Source: Chlamydiales bacterium
GTDB lineage: Bacteria; Chlamydiota; Chlamydiia; Chlamydiales; JACRBE01
DNA: 64,000 nt
NCBI GenBank assembly: GCA_016213235.1
Contig: JACRBE010000040.1
Coordinates: forward strand, 811 to 64,810
Direction: 5' to 3'
In this document: piece by piece, positions 47,730 through 56,417 of the stretch
How positions within the stretch are numbered: position 1 is the stretch's first letter
Layout of the letters: each line of letters opens with the position of its first letter
Program-made: the position numbers and the translations under genes
The notes under the pieces: model-generated
What the model saw: only the letters and a program-made list of their open reading frames with translations
What the model was told of the DNA's origin: nothing
Database searches by the model: none

Positions 47730-49174
47730 TTGGAATAGATACATTTCTTATCATTCTTGTGCTCATTGTTGGCTTTTATATGTCGTGGAACATTGGAGCT
47801 AATGATGTTGCCAATGCAATGGGCACGTCCGTTGGGTCCAAAGCTCTAACATTAAAAAAAGCTGTTATCATTGCTGCTATTTTAGAGTTTTCCGGAGCAA
47901 TGCTAATTGGGTCTAATGTTACTGAAACTATGCAAAGCGGGTTGATTAAAGTAGAATACTTCATGACAGACCCCGGACAACTTGTCATTGGTATGATCGC
48001 AGCACTGCTTGCCACTGCTGTTTGGTTGCAAATTGCCTCTTATTGTGGATGGCCAGTCTCTACGACTCATGCTATTGTTGGATCGATTGTTGGCTTTGGC
48101 GTAATCATTGGCGGAGTGGATGCCATTCATTGGAAAGAAATAGCAATTGTAGCCGTAAGTTGGGTATTATCTCCTCTCTTAAGCGGTCTTATTTCTTATT
48201 TAATGTTCACCGTGGTTCAAAGACAAGTTCTTTTCTCGCTCAATCCCATATTATCTGCCAAACGTTTAGCTCCTATTTTTTTATGTATTGTTATGACTGT
48301 TTTTTGTATAGGAACAGGTCTTAATGGAATGGATAACTTAGAGATCATGATCCCTTCGATTTGGGTGATTATTTTTGCAGCAGCTATTGGTATTATCGCC
48401 GCTCTGATTGCAAAAAATCTGTTGAATAGAACACAACTGCCTAACATGGTTCCTTCTACTGGTAGTTTAAGGGGTGAATCACAGATTATCAGTTTAAACA
48501 AAGCGATTAGACATTTACAAAAAGTAAAAATCACCTCTTCCGGAGATGTACGGCAAATGGTAGGAGATTCTATTTTATCTCTTACAACTGCTGTAAATAA
48601 AATTAAGGACAAAATTAATGCAAAACCATTGCAAGCATCTGATTATCGCGCAGTAGAAGGTATTTTTTCCTATTTACAAATTATCAGTGCCTGCTTTGTC
48701 GCATTTGCTCATGGCGCTAATGATGTTGCCAATGCAATTGGCCCTGTTGCCAGCGTTGTAGAAATTATTTCCAATCCTTATCAGATGTCTTCTTCTGCTG
48801 TCGTTTCTAATTGGATTTTAGCCCTCGGTGGGGTTGGTATTGTCGTCGGTCTTGCAACATGGGGATGGAGAGTGATTGAAACTATCGGAACGAAAATCAC
48901 AGAACTGACCCCCTCTCGTGGTTTTTGTGCTGAATTTGGCGCGGCTACTACTATATTAGTTGCCTCTAAAATGGGGCTTCCTATTTCTACAACACACTGT
49001 ATAGTTGGAGCTGTTCTTGGCATCGGACTTGCCAAAGGTATATCCGCTATTAACCTAAGAATGGTCAGGGACATCGTATTATCATGGATTATTACCATAC
49101 CCTCTAGCGCCATAACGTCTATTGCTTTTTATTACATTATTAAGACTTTAATAGGTCCTTTCTCTTTAAGTTAG
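47726..49174 (+). CDS. pit: PiT-family inorganic phosphate transporter
   Basis: A duplicated GANDVANA signature occurs in both the N- and C-terminal halves. Confidence 0.9.
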   Translation: MIGIDTFLIILVLIVGFYMSWNIGANDVANAMGTSVGSKALTLKKAVIIAAILEFSGAMLIGSNVTETMQSGLIKVEYFMTDPGQLVIGMIAALLATAVWLQIASYCGWPVSTTHAIVGSIVGFGVIIGGVDAIHWKEIAIVAVSWVLSPLLSGLISYLMFTVVQRQVLFSLNPILSAKRLAPIFLCIVMTVFCIGTGLNGMDNLEIMIPSIWVIIFAAAIGIIAALIAKNLLNRTQLPNMVPSTGSLRGESQIISLNKAIRHLQKVKITSSGDVRQMVGDSILSLTTAVNKIKDKINAKPLQASDYRAVEGIFSYLQIISACFVAFAHGANDVANAIGPVASVVEIISNPYQMSSSAVVSNWILALGGVGIVVGLATWGWRVIETIGTKITELTPSRGFCAEFGAATTILVASKMGLPISTTHCIVGAVLGIGLAKGISAINLRMVRDIVLSWIITIPSSAITSIAFYYIIKTLIGPFSLS

Positions 49175-49439
49175 TTTGATATTATCAGTTTTTTCATACA
49201 CCTTTCTAATCAATAAATAATTAAAATAACAAAGACACAAGTTGTTAATTTTAAAATAGATACACTATTTATATGAAGAGAGCCAACGCATTAAACAGCT
49301 AATAATCAACTATATGCGAATATAATTTGCTGTGTTTTTATCTTATTCACATCTAATTATTTATATTATTATATAAAATTAATATTAATTTTTTTAATAA
49401 AATGAATTATAATTAATATTATAATCAATTGGCAATAAT

Positions 49440-49766
49440 ATGACAAAAATACATCCTGACCAACCTCCTATGAGAGATCCCATTTCCTCAAGAGACTGGG
49501 TCTATGATAACAAGAAAGGGAAACTTCAAATCACTCTTAAAGGTAAAACTAAAGAATTTACAGTCACTCATGAACGTCCATTAACAAGTCCCCGTCTCTC
49601 TTTTTTATCCTTTTTTCATAATAAGCAAAAAGATTATGTGGAAATTTCTCTAGAAGGAAAAGTCCACTATTTACAGTTTACAAGAGATAAAAAAGAACCT
49701 CCGGAAAAAATGGCAAGCAGAATACAAGTTCTTCATGTTATAGGGCTTCTGCCAAAAAAACCTTAA
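49440..49766 (+). CDS. Small orphan hypothetical protein
   Basis: 108-aa ORF isolated in a 775-bp AT-rich spacer. Confidence 0.35.
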   Translation: MTKIHPDQPPMRDPISSRDWVYDNKKGKLQITLKGKTKEFTVTHERPLTSPRLSFLSFFHNKQKDYVEISLEGKVHYLQFTRDKKEPPEKMASRIQVLHVIGLLPKKP

Positions 49767-49949
49767 GTAGCATTAGCGCCAAACCAAATTTCCTTTATAT
49801 TCACCCACCCGGGGACATGTTTAGCCCAGTTAGGCAATGTACTAAAGTGACAAAAAAATAAAATTAAATTTTTATTGATACAAATATAAATAAAAAACCT
49901 TGCACTCTCTTTGTACCTTGGCTTATATAAGCATAAAAGTAGCTAAGGT

Positions 49950-52532
49950 ATGCCCATGTCTGATTCAATCGCACCTCATGTCGAGATTACTATTGATAAA
50001 ATCAAGCACTATCTCATTACTTTTTTAGGTAAAACTCTAGATGAAGCCGATGATGATGAATTTTATACGGCACTAAGTTGGGCTCTTCGTGAAGAGATTA
50101 TGATCAATTGGGCTGCAACAAACCATACAGTCAAAAAGACAAAATGCCGAAAATTATATTATCTCTCAATGGAGTATATGCCTGGCAGATTACTAGGTAA
50201 CAACCTTACTAATATTTGCCATGTCGATCTAGTAAAACGGGTAATCAAAGTAATCGGCAAGGATTATGGCTCTATTTTAAAGCTAGAACCTGAAATGGGG
50301 ATTGGAAATGGGGGTCTTGGAAGGTTAGCCTCCTGTTTTTTAGACTCTCTTGCAACAAAAAAATATCCGGCCATGGGATATGGAATGCGATATCAGTATG
50401 GTATTTTTGAACAAGAGCTATGGTGTGGCGTACAAGTCGAAAGACCTGATTGTTGGCTTTTATTTAATAATCCATGGTCCTTTAGAAGAGATGCCAATGC
50501 TGTAACCGTTCATTTTGGAGGAGAGGTCATCCTCGGAAAAAACAGAGAAGAAGAAGATATTTTTCACTTAAAAAATTATGATGAAGTAAGGGCTCTTCCT
50601 TATGATTTCCCTGTTGTTGGGTATAGTAAAACGCATGACTTCCCTGTTTTAACACTCAGGCTATGGTCCACAAAAGAATCTCCTCGAAATTTTCAATTAC
50701 AAAAATATAACGCCGGTCAATTAGATGAGGCTGCTGAAAACACTTCCCTCACTGATGTCCTTTATCCTAATGACAATAATGAAATGGGCAAGCGCGTACG
50801 ATTGAAGCAAGAATTTTTACTAGCTTCAGCTTCTATACAAGATATTATCAAACAACATATTAGCATATTTGGATCCATTGATGAATTTGCAGATAAGGTC
50901 CGAATACAAATTAATGATACACATCCTACTTTGATTATTCCTGAGCTCATTCGTATTTTAATGAAAACATATGATCTATCTTTTGATGAATCTTTAGATA
51001 TTACAAGAACTGTCTGCAGTTATACCAATCATACGATATTAAAAGAGGCTCTTGAAGAGTGGAATCAAACGAGAATGGAAAACCTATTGCCAAGGCAATA
51101 TAAAATATTACAGAGAATCGATCAAAAACTAAGAAAAGAAGTGCAAGCCAAGTATCCAAATGATAAAGACAAAGAAACTCGAATGTCTATTATTGATCAT
51201 GGCCAGGTAAAAATGGGTAATTTAGCTGTTTATGCTACCCATAAGGTCAATGGTGTTGCAAAACTGCATTCAGAAATTGTAAAAAGCTCTTTATTTCGAG
51301 ACTTTTCTCAATTTTTTCCTCAAAAATTTACCAACGTTACTAATGGTGTTACACAGCGTAGATGGCTTCTTTACTGCAACCCCAAGCTTGCAGAATTCCT
51401 AACTAAGAGAATCGGTGATGAGTGGATTACAAATTTTCAACAAATTAAAAATATAGAAAAATTTGCAACAGATGCTACTGCTCAAAAAGAATTTTTAGCC
51501 ATTAAAACAGAAAACAAAAAAAATCTGATAAATTTTTTAAAATCAGAAAGGAAACGACATGCTTGCGCCGAAATGGATATTGCAAATCATTCTTTTTTAG
51601 ATGAAACGGCTCTATTTGATGTACATATCAAACGTATTCATGAATATAAACGACAGCTCATGAATGCACTCCATATTTTGATGATATACTTAGATGCTAA
51701 AGAGAATCACACTCAGCGCCTTATTCCCCGTTTATGGATTTTTGGTGGGAAGGCAGCACCTGGTTATGAGATGGCAAAAAACATTATTCGTTTTATTTAC
51801 TGTTTGGCAAGAACCATTGCGAAAGATGATGCGGTAAATAATCAAATGCGTGTTGTCTATGTAGAAAATTATAATGTCTCTAAAGCAGAGGTCATCATTC
51901 CTGCAGCTGATTTGTCAGAGCAGATCTCTTGCGCTGGTATGGAGGCTTCTGGTACAGGAAATATGAAATTATCCATTAATGGCGCATTAACCATTGCTAC
52001 AGATGACGGGGCAAATGTTGAAATGAGAGAATCGATTACTAGTAATTGGTGGCCTTTTCTATTTGGAGCTAGCGCAAAAGAAAATGAAGAAGATCGCATC
52101 AATCATAGATATAACCCATCTGCCATGTGTGAGCAATATCCAAAAATGAAACGAGCGCTGCAAGTGCTGATTGATCATTCCTTAGTAGAAAATGAGGTAG
52201 AACATCAAGCATTAGAAAGCATTTATCGCTCTTTAATGGAAGGAGCCAATTGGAGATCTGCCGATTACTATTTTGTTTTGAAAGACTTAATGCCATATTA
52301 TGAAATGCAACAGAAAGTAGAACAACTATATATCGATCACCAGAAATGGGCAGAATATGCTATTCATAATATAGCTGGCATGGGGCCTTTTTCTACAGAT
52401 GTCTCCATTCAACATTATGCAGAAGATATTTGGGAGCTAGGGCCTTCTGAACTTGATATGCTGCAACTAAAACGGATCCGTAAAGAATTCTCGGAACATG
52501 ATAAATGTAGAATTATTGGCACAGAAGAATAA
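49950..52532 (+). CDS. glgP: Glycogen phosphorylase
   Basis: 860 aa with the EASGTGNMK pyridoxal-phosphate site and GNGGLGRLA. Confidence 0.95.
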   Translation: MPMSDSIAPHVEITIDKIKHYLITFLGKTLDEADDDEFYTALSWALREEIMINWAATNHTVKKTKCRKLYYLSMEYMPGRLLGNNLTNICHVDLVKRVIKVIGKDYGSILKLEPEMGIGNGGLGRLASCFLDSLATKKYPAMGYGMRYQYGIFEQELWCGVQVERPDCWLLFNNPWSFRRDANAVTVHFGGEVILGKNREEEDIFHLKNYDEVRALPYDFPVVGYSKTHDFPVLTLRLWSTKESPRNFQLQKYNAGQLDEAAENTSLTDVLYPNDNNEMGKRVRLKQEFLLASASIQDIIKQHISIFGSIDEFADKVRIQINDTHPTLIIPELIRILMKTYDLSFDESLDITRTVCSYTNHTILKEALEEWNQTRMENLLPRQYKILQRIDQKLRKEVQAKYPNDKDKETRMSIIDHGQVKMGNLAVYATHKVNGVAKLHSEIVKSSLFRDFSQFFPQKFTNVTNGVTQRRWLLYCNPKLAEFLTKRIGDEWITNFQQIKNIEKFATDATAQKEFLAIKTENKKNLINFLKSERKRHACAEMDIANHSFLDETALFDVHIKRIHEYKRQLMNALHILMIYLDAKENHTQRLIPRLWIFGGKAAPGYEMAKNIIRFIYCLARTIAKDDAVNNQMRVVYVENYNVSKAEVIIPAADLSEQISCAGMEASGTGNMKLSINGALTIATDDGANVEMRESITSNWWPFLFGASAKENEEDRINHRYNPSAMCEQYPKMKRALQVLIDHSLVENEVEHQALESIYRSLMEGANWRSADYYFVLKDLMPYYEMQQKVEQLYIDHQKWAEYAIHNIAGMGPFSTDVSIQHYAEDIWELGPSELDMLQLKRIRKEFSEHDKCRIIGTEE

Positions 52533-52607
52533 TCTATTACATATATCGCAGGCAGTAATTAATGAATTACAGTTTTATCTGTATTTAGCCAGAAAACCGG
52601 TAGAGCT

Positions 52608-52989
52608 ATAGAGTAGACTGGCCTTAGCCAGCCCCTCATCAAACCGTACGTGCGGGTTTCCCGCATACGGCTTTCACATAAACGTCACATAGATTTCCTT
52701 ACAAACGCCCGCCTTGACAAGGTAAATAATCCTAGCTTCTTAAGAACTTCATGCCAGTTCTGTCCTTCAGGTCTCTTGTATCTTCGTTGAGATCTTCTTT
52801 GTAGGAAGTTTATCAAGCGCTGTTCGGTATACCAATTGATCTTTTCAAATGCATCGCTTGGTGTTCCTTTATTGAAGTAGCTTCCCCATCCTTTAAGAAA
52901 TCTGTTTACGCTACTTATTACATCCTTAATGGGTATACACCCACGTGTAGGACTAGTTAGCTCTCTTATTCTTGCTCTTGCACATTTAA
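52608..52989 (-). mobile_element. Group II intron, 3'-terminal remnant (end of maturase ORF, domain V, domain VI)
   Basis: Domain V is AAGCCGTATGCGGGAAACCCGCACGTACGGTTT (52641-52674, minus strand). Domain VI is a hairpin with a bulged A about 7 nt from the inferred 3' end (..TCTACTCTAT, ending at 52608). Confidence 0.8.
52685..52989 (-). pseudogene. Group II intron reverse transcriptase/maturase, C-terminal (X/maturase) part only
   Basis: ..ARIRELTS...VNRFLKGWGSYFNKG...INWYTEQRL.. is present. The RT domains are missing. Confidence 0.75.
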
Positions 52990-53043
52990 GAACCTGTTTA
53001 AAATCTTTTGAATCATGTATAAGAATTACTTTCAAAAATCTTT

Positions 53044-53388
53044 TTGGAGGTAATGATGAGCCACTTTTATCCGAGCGATGTCTCTCGTGAACAATTTAGT
53101 GAAATCAAGCCAATGCTTGAGTCTGTACGCAAGAAAACTCGTCCTAGAATTGTTGATCTTTATGATATTTTTTGTGGGGTTTTGTATGTTTTAAAAAGCG
53201 GTTGTCAATGGCGTATGTTACCAAAAGAATACCCTAAATGGGAATTATGCTATTATTACTTCAGTCTTTGGAAACAAAAAGACCATCAAAGCTCTGAAAG
53301 TATCCTCGAAAAAGTTTTAAAAAAAAATGGTTGGAGAGGTTCGACAAAACAGTGGTCGGAAAGAGAAAACCGGTTTTATCATAGTTGA
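53044..53388 (+). CDS. IS5-family transposase orfA (N-terminal DNA-binding part)
   Basis: ..IFCGVLYVLKSGCQWRMLPKEYP.. is typical of the family. The frame ends shortly after the A9 run at 53319-53327. Confidence 0.8.
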   Translation: MEVMMSHFYPSDVSREQFSEIKPMLESVRKKTRPRIVDLYDIFCGVLYVLKSGCQWRMLPKEYPKWELCYYYFSLWKQKDHQSSESILEKVLKKNGWRGSTKQWSERENRFYHS

Positions 53389-53848
53389 TGAACAAAGCGT
53401 TAAAAATACAGATACAGCTGAAAGCAAAGGTTATGATGCAGGGAAAAAGATATCCGGAATAAAACGTCATATAGCAGTAGACACTCAGGGATTACCTCAT
53501 GCAATTCATATAACCACTGCAAATGTGACGGATAGAAATGGAGCTATAGAAGCATGTTTATTGAACAAAAGCTCTTTATCCGATGTGAAAAACGTATTAG
53601 CGGATGGAGGATACTCCGGGGAAAATTTTTTAAATAGTGTTCAGGAAATATTAGGGTGTACAGTAGAAATAGCCAAGAGAAACGAGCTACATACTTTTAA
53701 AGTGATTCCTAAAAGATGGGTAGTAGAGCGCTCCTTCGCCTGGTTAGAGAAGTGTCGCAGGCTATGGAAAAACTGCGAAAGAAAGCTTAACACAAGTCTG
53801 AACATGGTGGTTCTAGCTTTTGCAGTCCTTCTTTTAAGGAGATTTTAA
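53327..53848 (+). CDS. IS5-family transposase orfB (DDE catalytic part), +1 frame relative to orfA
   Basis: IIVDEQSVKNT..., KKISGIKRHIAVDTQGLP, ADGGYSG and VVERSFAWLEKCRRL motifs. Confidence 0.8.
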   Translation: MVGEVRQNSGRKEKTGFIIVDEQSVKNTDTAESKGYDAGKKISGIKRHIAVDTQGLPHAIHITTANVTDRNGAIEACLLNKSSLSDVKNVLADGGYSGENFLNSVQEILGCTVEIAKRNELHTFKVIPKRWVVERSFAWLEKCRRLWKNCERKLNTSLNMVVLAFAVLLLRRF

Positions 53849-53860
53849 ACAGGCTCTTAA

Positions 53861-54059
53861 TGTATTTCCTAATGGTTTTTTCGGAGGCTTGACCAGTAGT
53901 GGATACAAAATAGCCATCAGTCCAACATGTGCACTCTTTCCAAAAGTGTCTTTTGAGCATCTGAGGAAATTGCTTCCATACTGAGATAGTAGATTCCTGT
54001 TTAAGCTTTCCAACTATTTGCAAAGCACTGATTCCAGGAGACGAATCGATCAAATAATA
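53861..54059 (-). pseudogene. IS200/IS605-family TnpA (Y1 transposase) fragment
   Basis: ..GKLKQESTISVWKQFPQMLKRHFWKECTCWTDGYFVSTTGQASEKTIRKYIK resembles the C-terminal half of TnpA. The N-terminal half and the extreme C-terminus are missing. Confidence 0.7.
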
Positions 54060-54061
54060 TG

Positions 54062-54814
54062 CTATATTCCAACATTCCACTTTTTTGCCAGTTGCCGGTA
54101 AACGCCTTTTTCTTTTAATTGCCTCATACTTTGATTGAAAAAGTCTACTGTTTTAGATGATCCTTTTAAGCTAACTATTCGCAGTCCTTGAGGTAATATA
54201 GGATCTCCTACAATCTTTAACGAACCACTATATAAGTCTTGTACATAGGAAATAGCAGGGATAATATCTACAATAACTGCATCATACTTACCCATTTCCA
54301 GATCAGTAAGCGCTTGAGGAATAGCTTTGTACATTCGTACACTGATGGATATGTCTCTAGAAATTTTCAATGCAGCTTCCGATCCCTCTTCTACCGCAAC
54401 AATTTTATCATTCAAATCTTTATAGCCTGTAATAGTTGACTGAGTAGGAACAATAATAACAGGTCCTGTTGGCAATATAACATCAGAAAAAAGATAGGTG
54501 TTTTCATTCAACACCCTTGGTTGCATGGATGAGACAACTGCTTCATAAGAATTTGTTTCCAATCCATTAAGAAGATCGTCCCAAGAACGGTTAACGCTAG
54601 AGATTGTACGTTTGTTTGTTTTTGCCATCTCTTGAAATAACTCATTGAAAAATGCAAACACGTTTATATCTTTTTTATCTAGATTCAAGGGATAAAACGT
54701 AGGATCTATTCCAATGCGAAAGTCTGGTTTTTGACTAGATGAACATCCAAACAAACAGCTCAGTAGTACAACAAAAACACCAAACAGTCGTTGTCTAGTT
54801 ATCTTTCCTTTCAT
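54062..54814 (-). CDS. Amino-acid ABC transporter substrate-binding lipoprotein (family 3 SBP, ArtJ-like)
   Basis: Lipobox LFGCSSS and a periplasmic-binding type 3 layout. Confidence 0.7.
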   Translation of the reverse strand: MKGKITRQRLFGVFVVLLSCLFGCSSSQKPDFRIGIDPTFYPLNLDKKDINVFAFFNELFQEMAKTNKRTISSVNRSWDDLLNGLETNSYEAVVSSMQPRVLNENTYLFSDVILPTGPVIIVPTQSTITGYKDLNDKIVAVEEGSEAALKISRDISISVRMYKAIPQALTDLEMGKYDAVIVDIIPAISYVQDLYSGSLKIVGDPILPQGLRIVSLKGSSKTVDFFNQSMRQLKEKGVYRQLAKKWNVGI

Positions 54815-54830
54815 ATTTACCCTATTATTT

Positions 54831-55541
54831 TTAATTCTCTATCAAATTGGTCAGTTGATCAATGATATGCAGAATGATCCCCTGCTCTGCTTTATTAAAT
54901 TTTTTTCCGCTTCTAGTCAAATAATTAGTTATAGTTGCGATTTTTTTTATCATTCTCTCTTGCTGCTCTGATTTTCTTTTATCGTCTTCTTTTAACGGAA
55001 ATTTCTCTTGTATCGTTTCGATAATCTCATCATGCGTTTGCCCAGCATAAGACTCAATGACAGAAATTTTATCTTTTACATCCCCTTTTCTGGATGCAAG
55101 CATATAACTTGTTTTTGCCGGCATTGATTTTAATTTCTGCTTTAATTGATCATCCGGCAACTCTTGATATAATTCATAAAAAGCAAGTGCATTATATGCT
55201 GTTTTTATGCTGCCAAAAGCAAATGTTATCCATTTAGTAAATAATTTTTCACGAGTAGGATACTTGTGAAAAATCATTTTTACTTTTTGCACTCGTTCCC
55301 CTACTAAAATAATGCCCTGTTTTTGAATAGAGCGAACCTCAGAAGTGAGCTGGGAGAGTTCTTTCAAATCTCCTTCTACAATCAACGGTATCATTTCTTT
55401 TAATCGAAGGGTATCTTCTACACTAAGCGCATCAATTTCAAATAATGATCGGAAACTATTCATGGGCACAAGAGGTGCAATCGTAGAGCTTTTTGGCGTA
55501 TTTTTTAAAAATGCTTTTGCAATATCATTCATGCTTTTCAT
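54831..55541 (-). CDS. pGP6-D-like protein (homolog of the chlamydial plasmid protein)
   Basis: SIQKQGIILVGERV, TAYNALAFYELYQELP and YMLASRKGDVKDKI closely recall pGP6-D as I remember it. It is coupled to parA by an ATGA overlap. Confidence 0.7.
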   Translation of the reverse strand: MKSMNDIAKAFLKNTPKSSTIAPLVPMNSFRSLFEIDALSVEDTLRLKEMIPLIVEGDLKELSQLTSEVRSIQKQGIILVGERVQKVKMIFHKYPTREKLFTKWITFAFGSIKTAYNALAFYELYQELPDDQLKQKLKSMPAKTSYMLASRKGDVKDKISVIESYAGQTHDEIIETIQEKFPLKEDDKRKSEQQERMIKKIATITNYLTRSGKKFNKAEQGIILHIIDQLTNLIEN

Positions 55542-56314
55542 ACAAATGATCCCTCTTGCACCATCAATCGATGAAGAAACTCTTGCGAAAGGGCGTAATA
55601 ATCTTCAGAAGCTCTTGCTGTAGGATGTATATCCATAATCGGCTTTCCCTCCAAAATAGAGCGAGAAACACGAATATCTCTCCGTATTTTTGTTTGAAAT
55701 ACTTTGTCTGGAAAGGAGTGTTCGATTGCTTGTAAATATGCCTGGTTAGTAGATCCCCTCTCATCCCAAAACGTTAAAATAACCCCAAGCAAGGTGAGTA
55801 GATGATTTTCTTTGATATGATCATGGTATTCTTTAAGACGGTTGAGCGCTAAGATGCTATAAGGCTCCGGTATTGCACAAATAACTGAATAATTTGCAGC
55901 AAATAATGCACTTTGTGTAAGCCATCCAAGACTTGGGGGCGTATCAATTAAGATATAGTCATAATCAAGACCTTTTAATGCTTTTCTCAATCTTTCATGA
56001 CCATATAGATCTGTTACAATTTCTGTAGTTGACTCTATCCCATCTAAATAAACATTAGCAGGTGCGATATCTAATAACTCAATAGAGGTTTTACGAATGA
56101 CATCCTGTATTTTTCTTTTTCCCTGCAGTACAAGACCAATGGTTTCTTCCTGATCGACGCCAAGCCCTAGCCCTGCACTTAAATTGGCCTGAGCATCAAA
56201 ATCAATCAATAATATTTTCTTGTGAAAAAACTTGGCCAAGCAGGCGCCAAGATGCAAAGTGGAAGAAGTTTTCGCTGTTCCACCTTTAAAACTACAAAAT
56301 GTTACAACATCCAT
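55538..56314 (-). CDS. parA: ParA/Soj-family partition ATPase
   Basis: Deviant Walker A SFKGGTAKTS and Walker B YILIDTPPS. Confidence 0.85.
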   Translation of the reverse strand: MDVVTFCSFKGGTAKTSSTLHLGACLAKFFHKKILLIDFDAQANLSAGLGLGVDQEETIGLVLQGKRKIQDVIRKTSIELLDIAPANVYLDGIESTTEIVTDLYGHERLRKALKGLDYDYILIDTPPSLGWLTQSALFAANYSVICAIPEPYSILALNRLKEYHDHIKENHLLTLLGVILTFWDERGSTNQAYLQAIEHSFPDKVFQTKIRRDIRVSRSILEGKPIMDIHPTARASEDYYALSQEFLHRLMVQEGSFV

Positions 56315-56417
56315 ACTTAACCATGCAACGTTACAATTTTAGTGTGCTCCTGATATTATTAAAGATCCTCATTTTTTTCATTGTACAATTATTGTATACT
56401 TGCAAAGTAGTTTAAAA

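Larger units (their letters stand above)
52990..53856 (+). mobile_element. Complete IS5-family (IS427/IS1031-like) insertion sequence, 867 bp
   Basis: The 16-bp terminal IRs are GAACCTGTTTAAAATC and GAGCCTGTTTAAAATC (15/16). TTAA is present on both flanks (52986-52989 and 53857-53860). It carries a two-frame DDE transposase. Confidence 0.85.

Noticed and set aside
52533-52607. Rho-independent terminator after glgP (gtaatt-aatg-aattac)
   Set aside because: It has only a 6-bp all-AT stem, which is too weak to call.
52990-53035. First 15 codons (MKVILIHDSKDFKQV) of the 116-aa 'maturase' ORF
   Set aside because: These codons lie inside the left inverted repeat region of the IS and are read-through, not intron sequence.
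53787-53860. C-terminal 24 codons of the 97-aa minus-strand ORF (..LFKISLKEGLQKLEPPCSDLC)
   Set aside because: They are the antisense of the IS right end. The genuine TnpA-like similarity stops at ..RKYIK.
53857-53860. TTAA flanks taken as proof of a simple, single insertion of the IS
   Set aside because: If TTAA is the preferred target, any two independent insertions would show the same flank. The unrelated truncated elements on either side argue for recombination instead.
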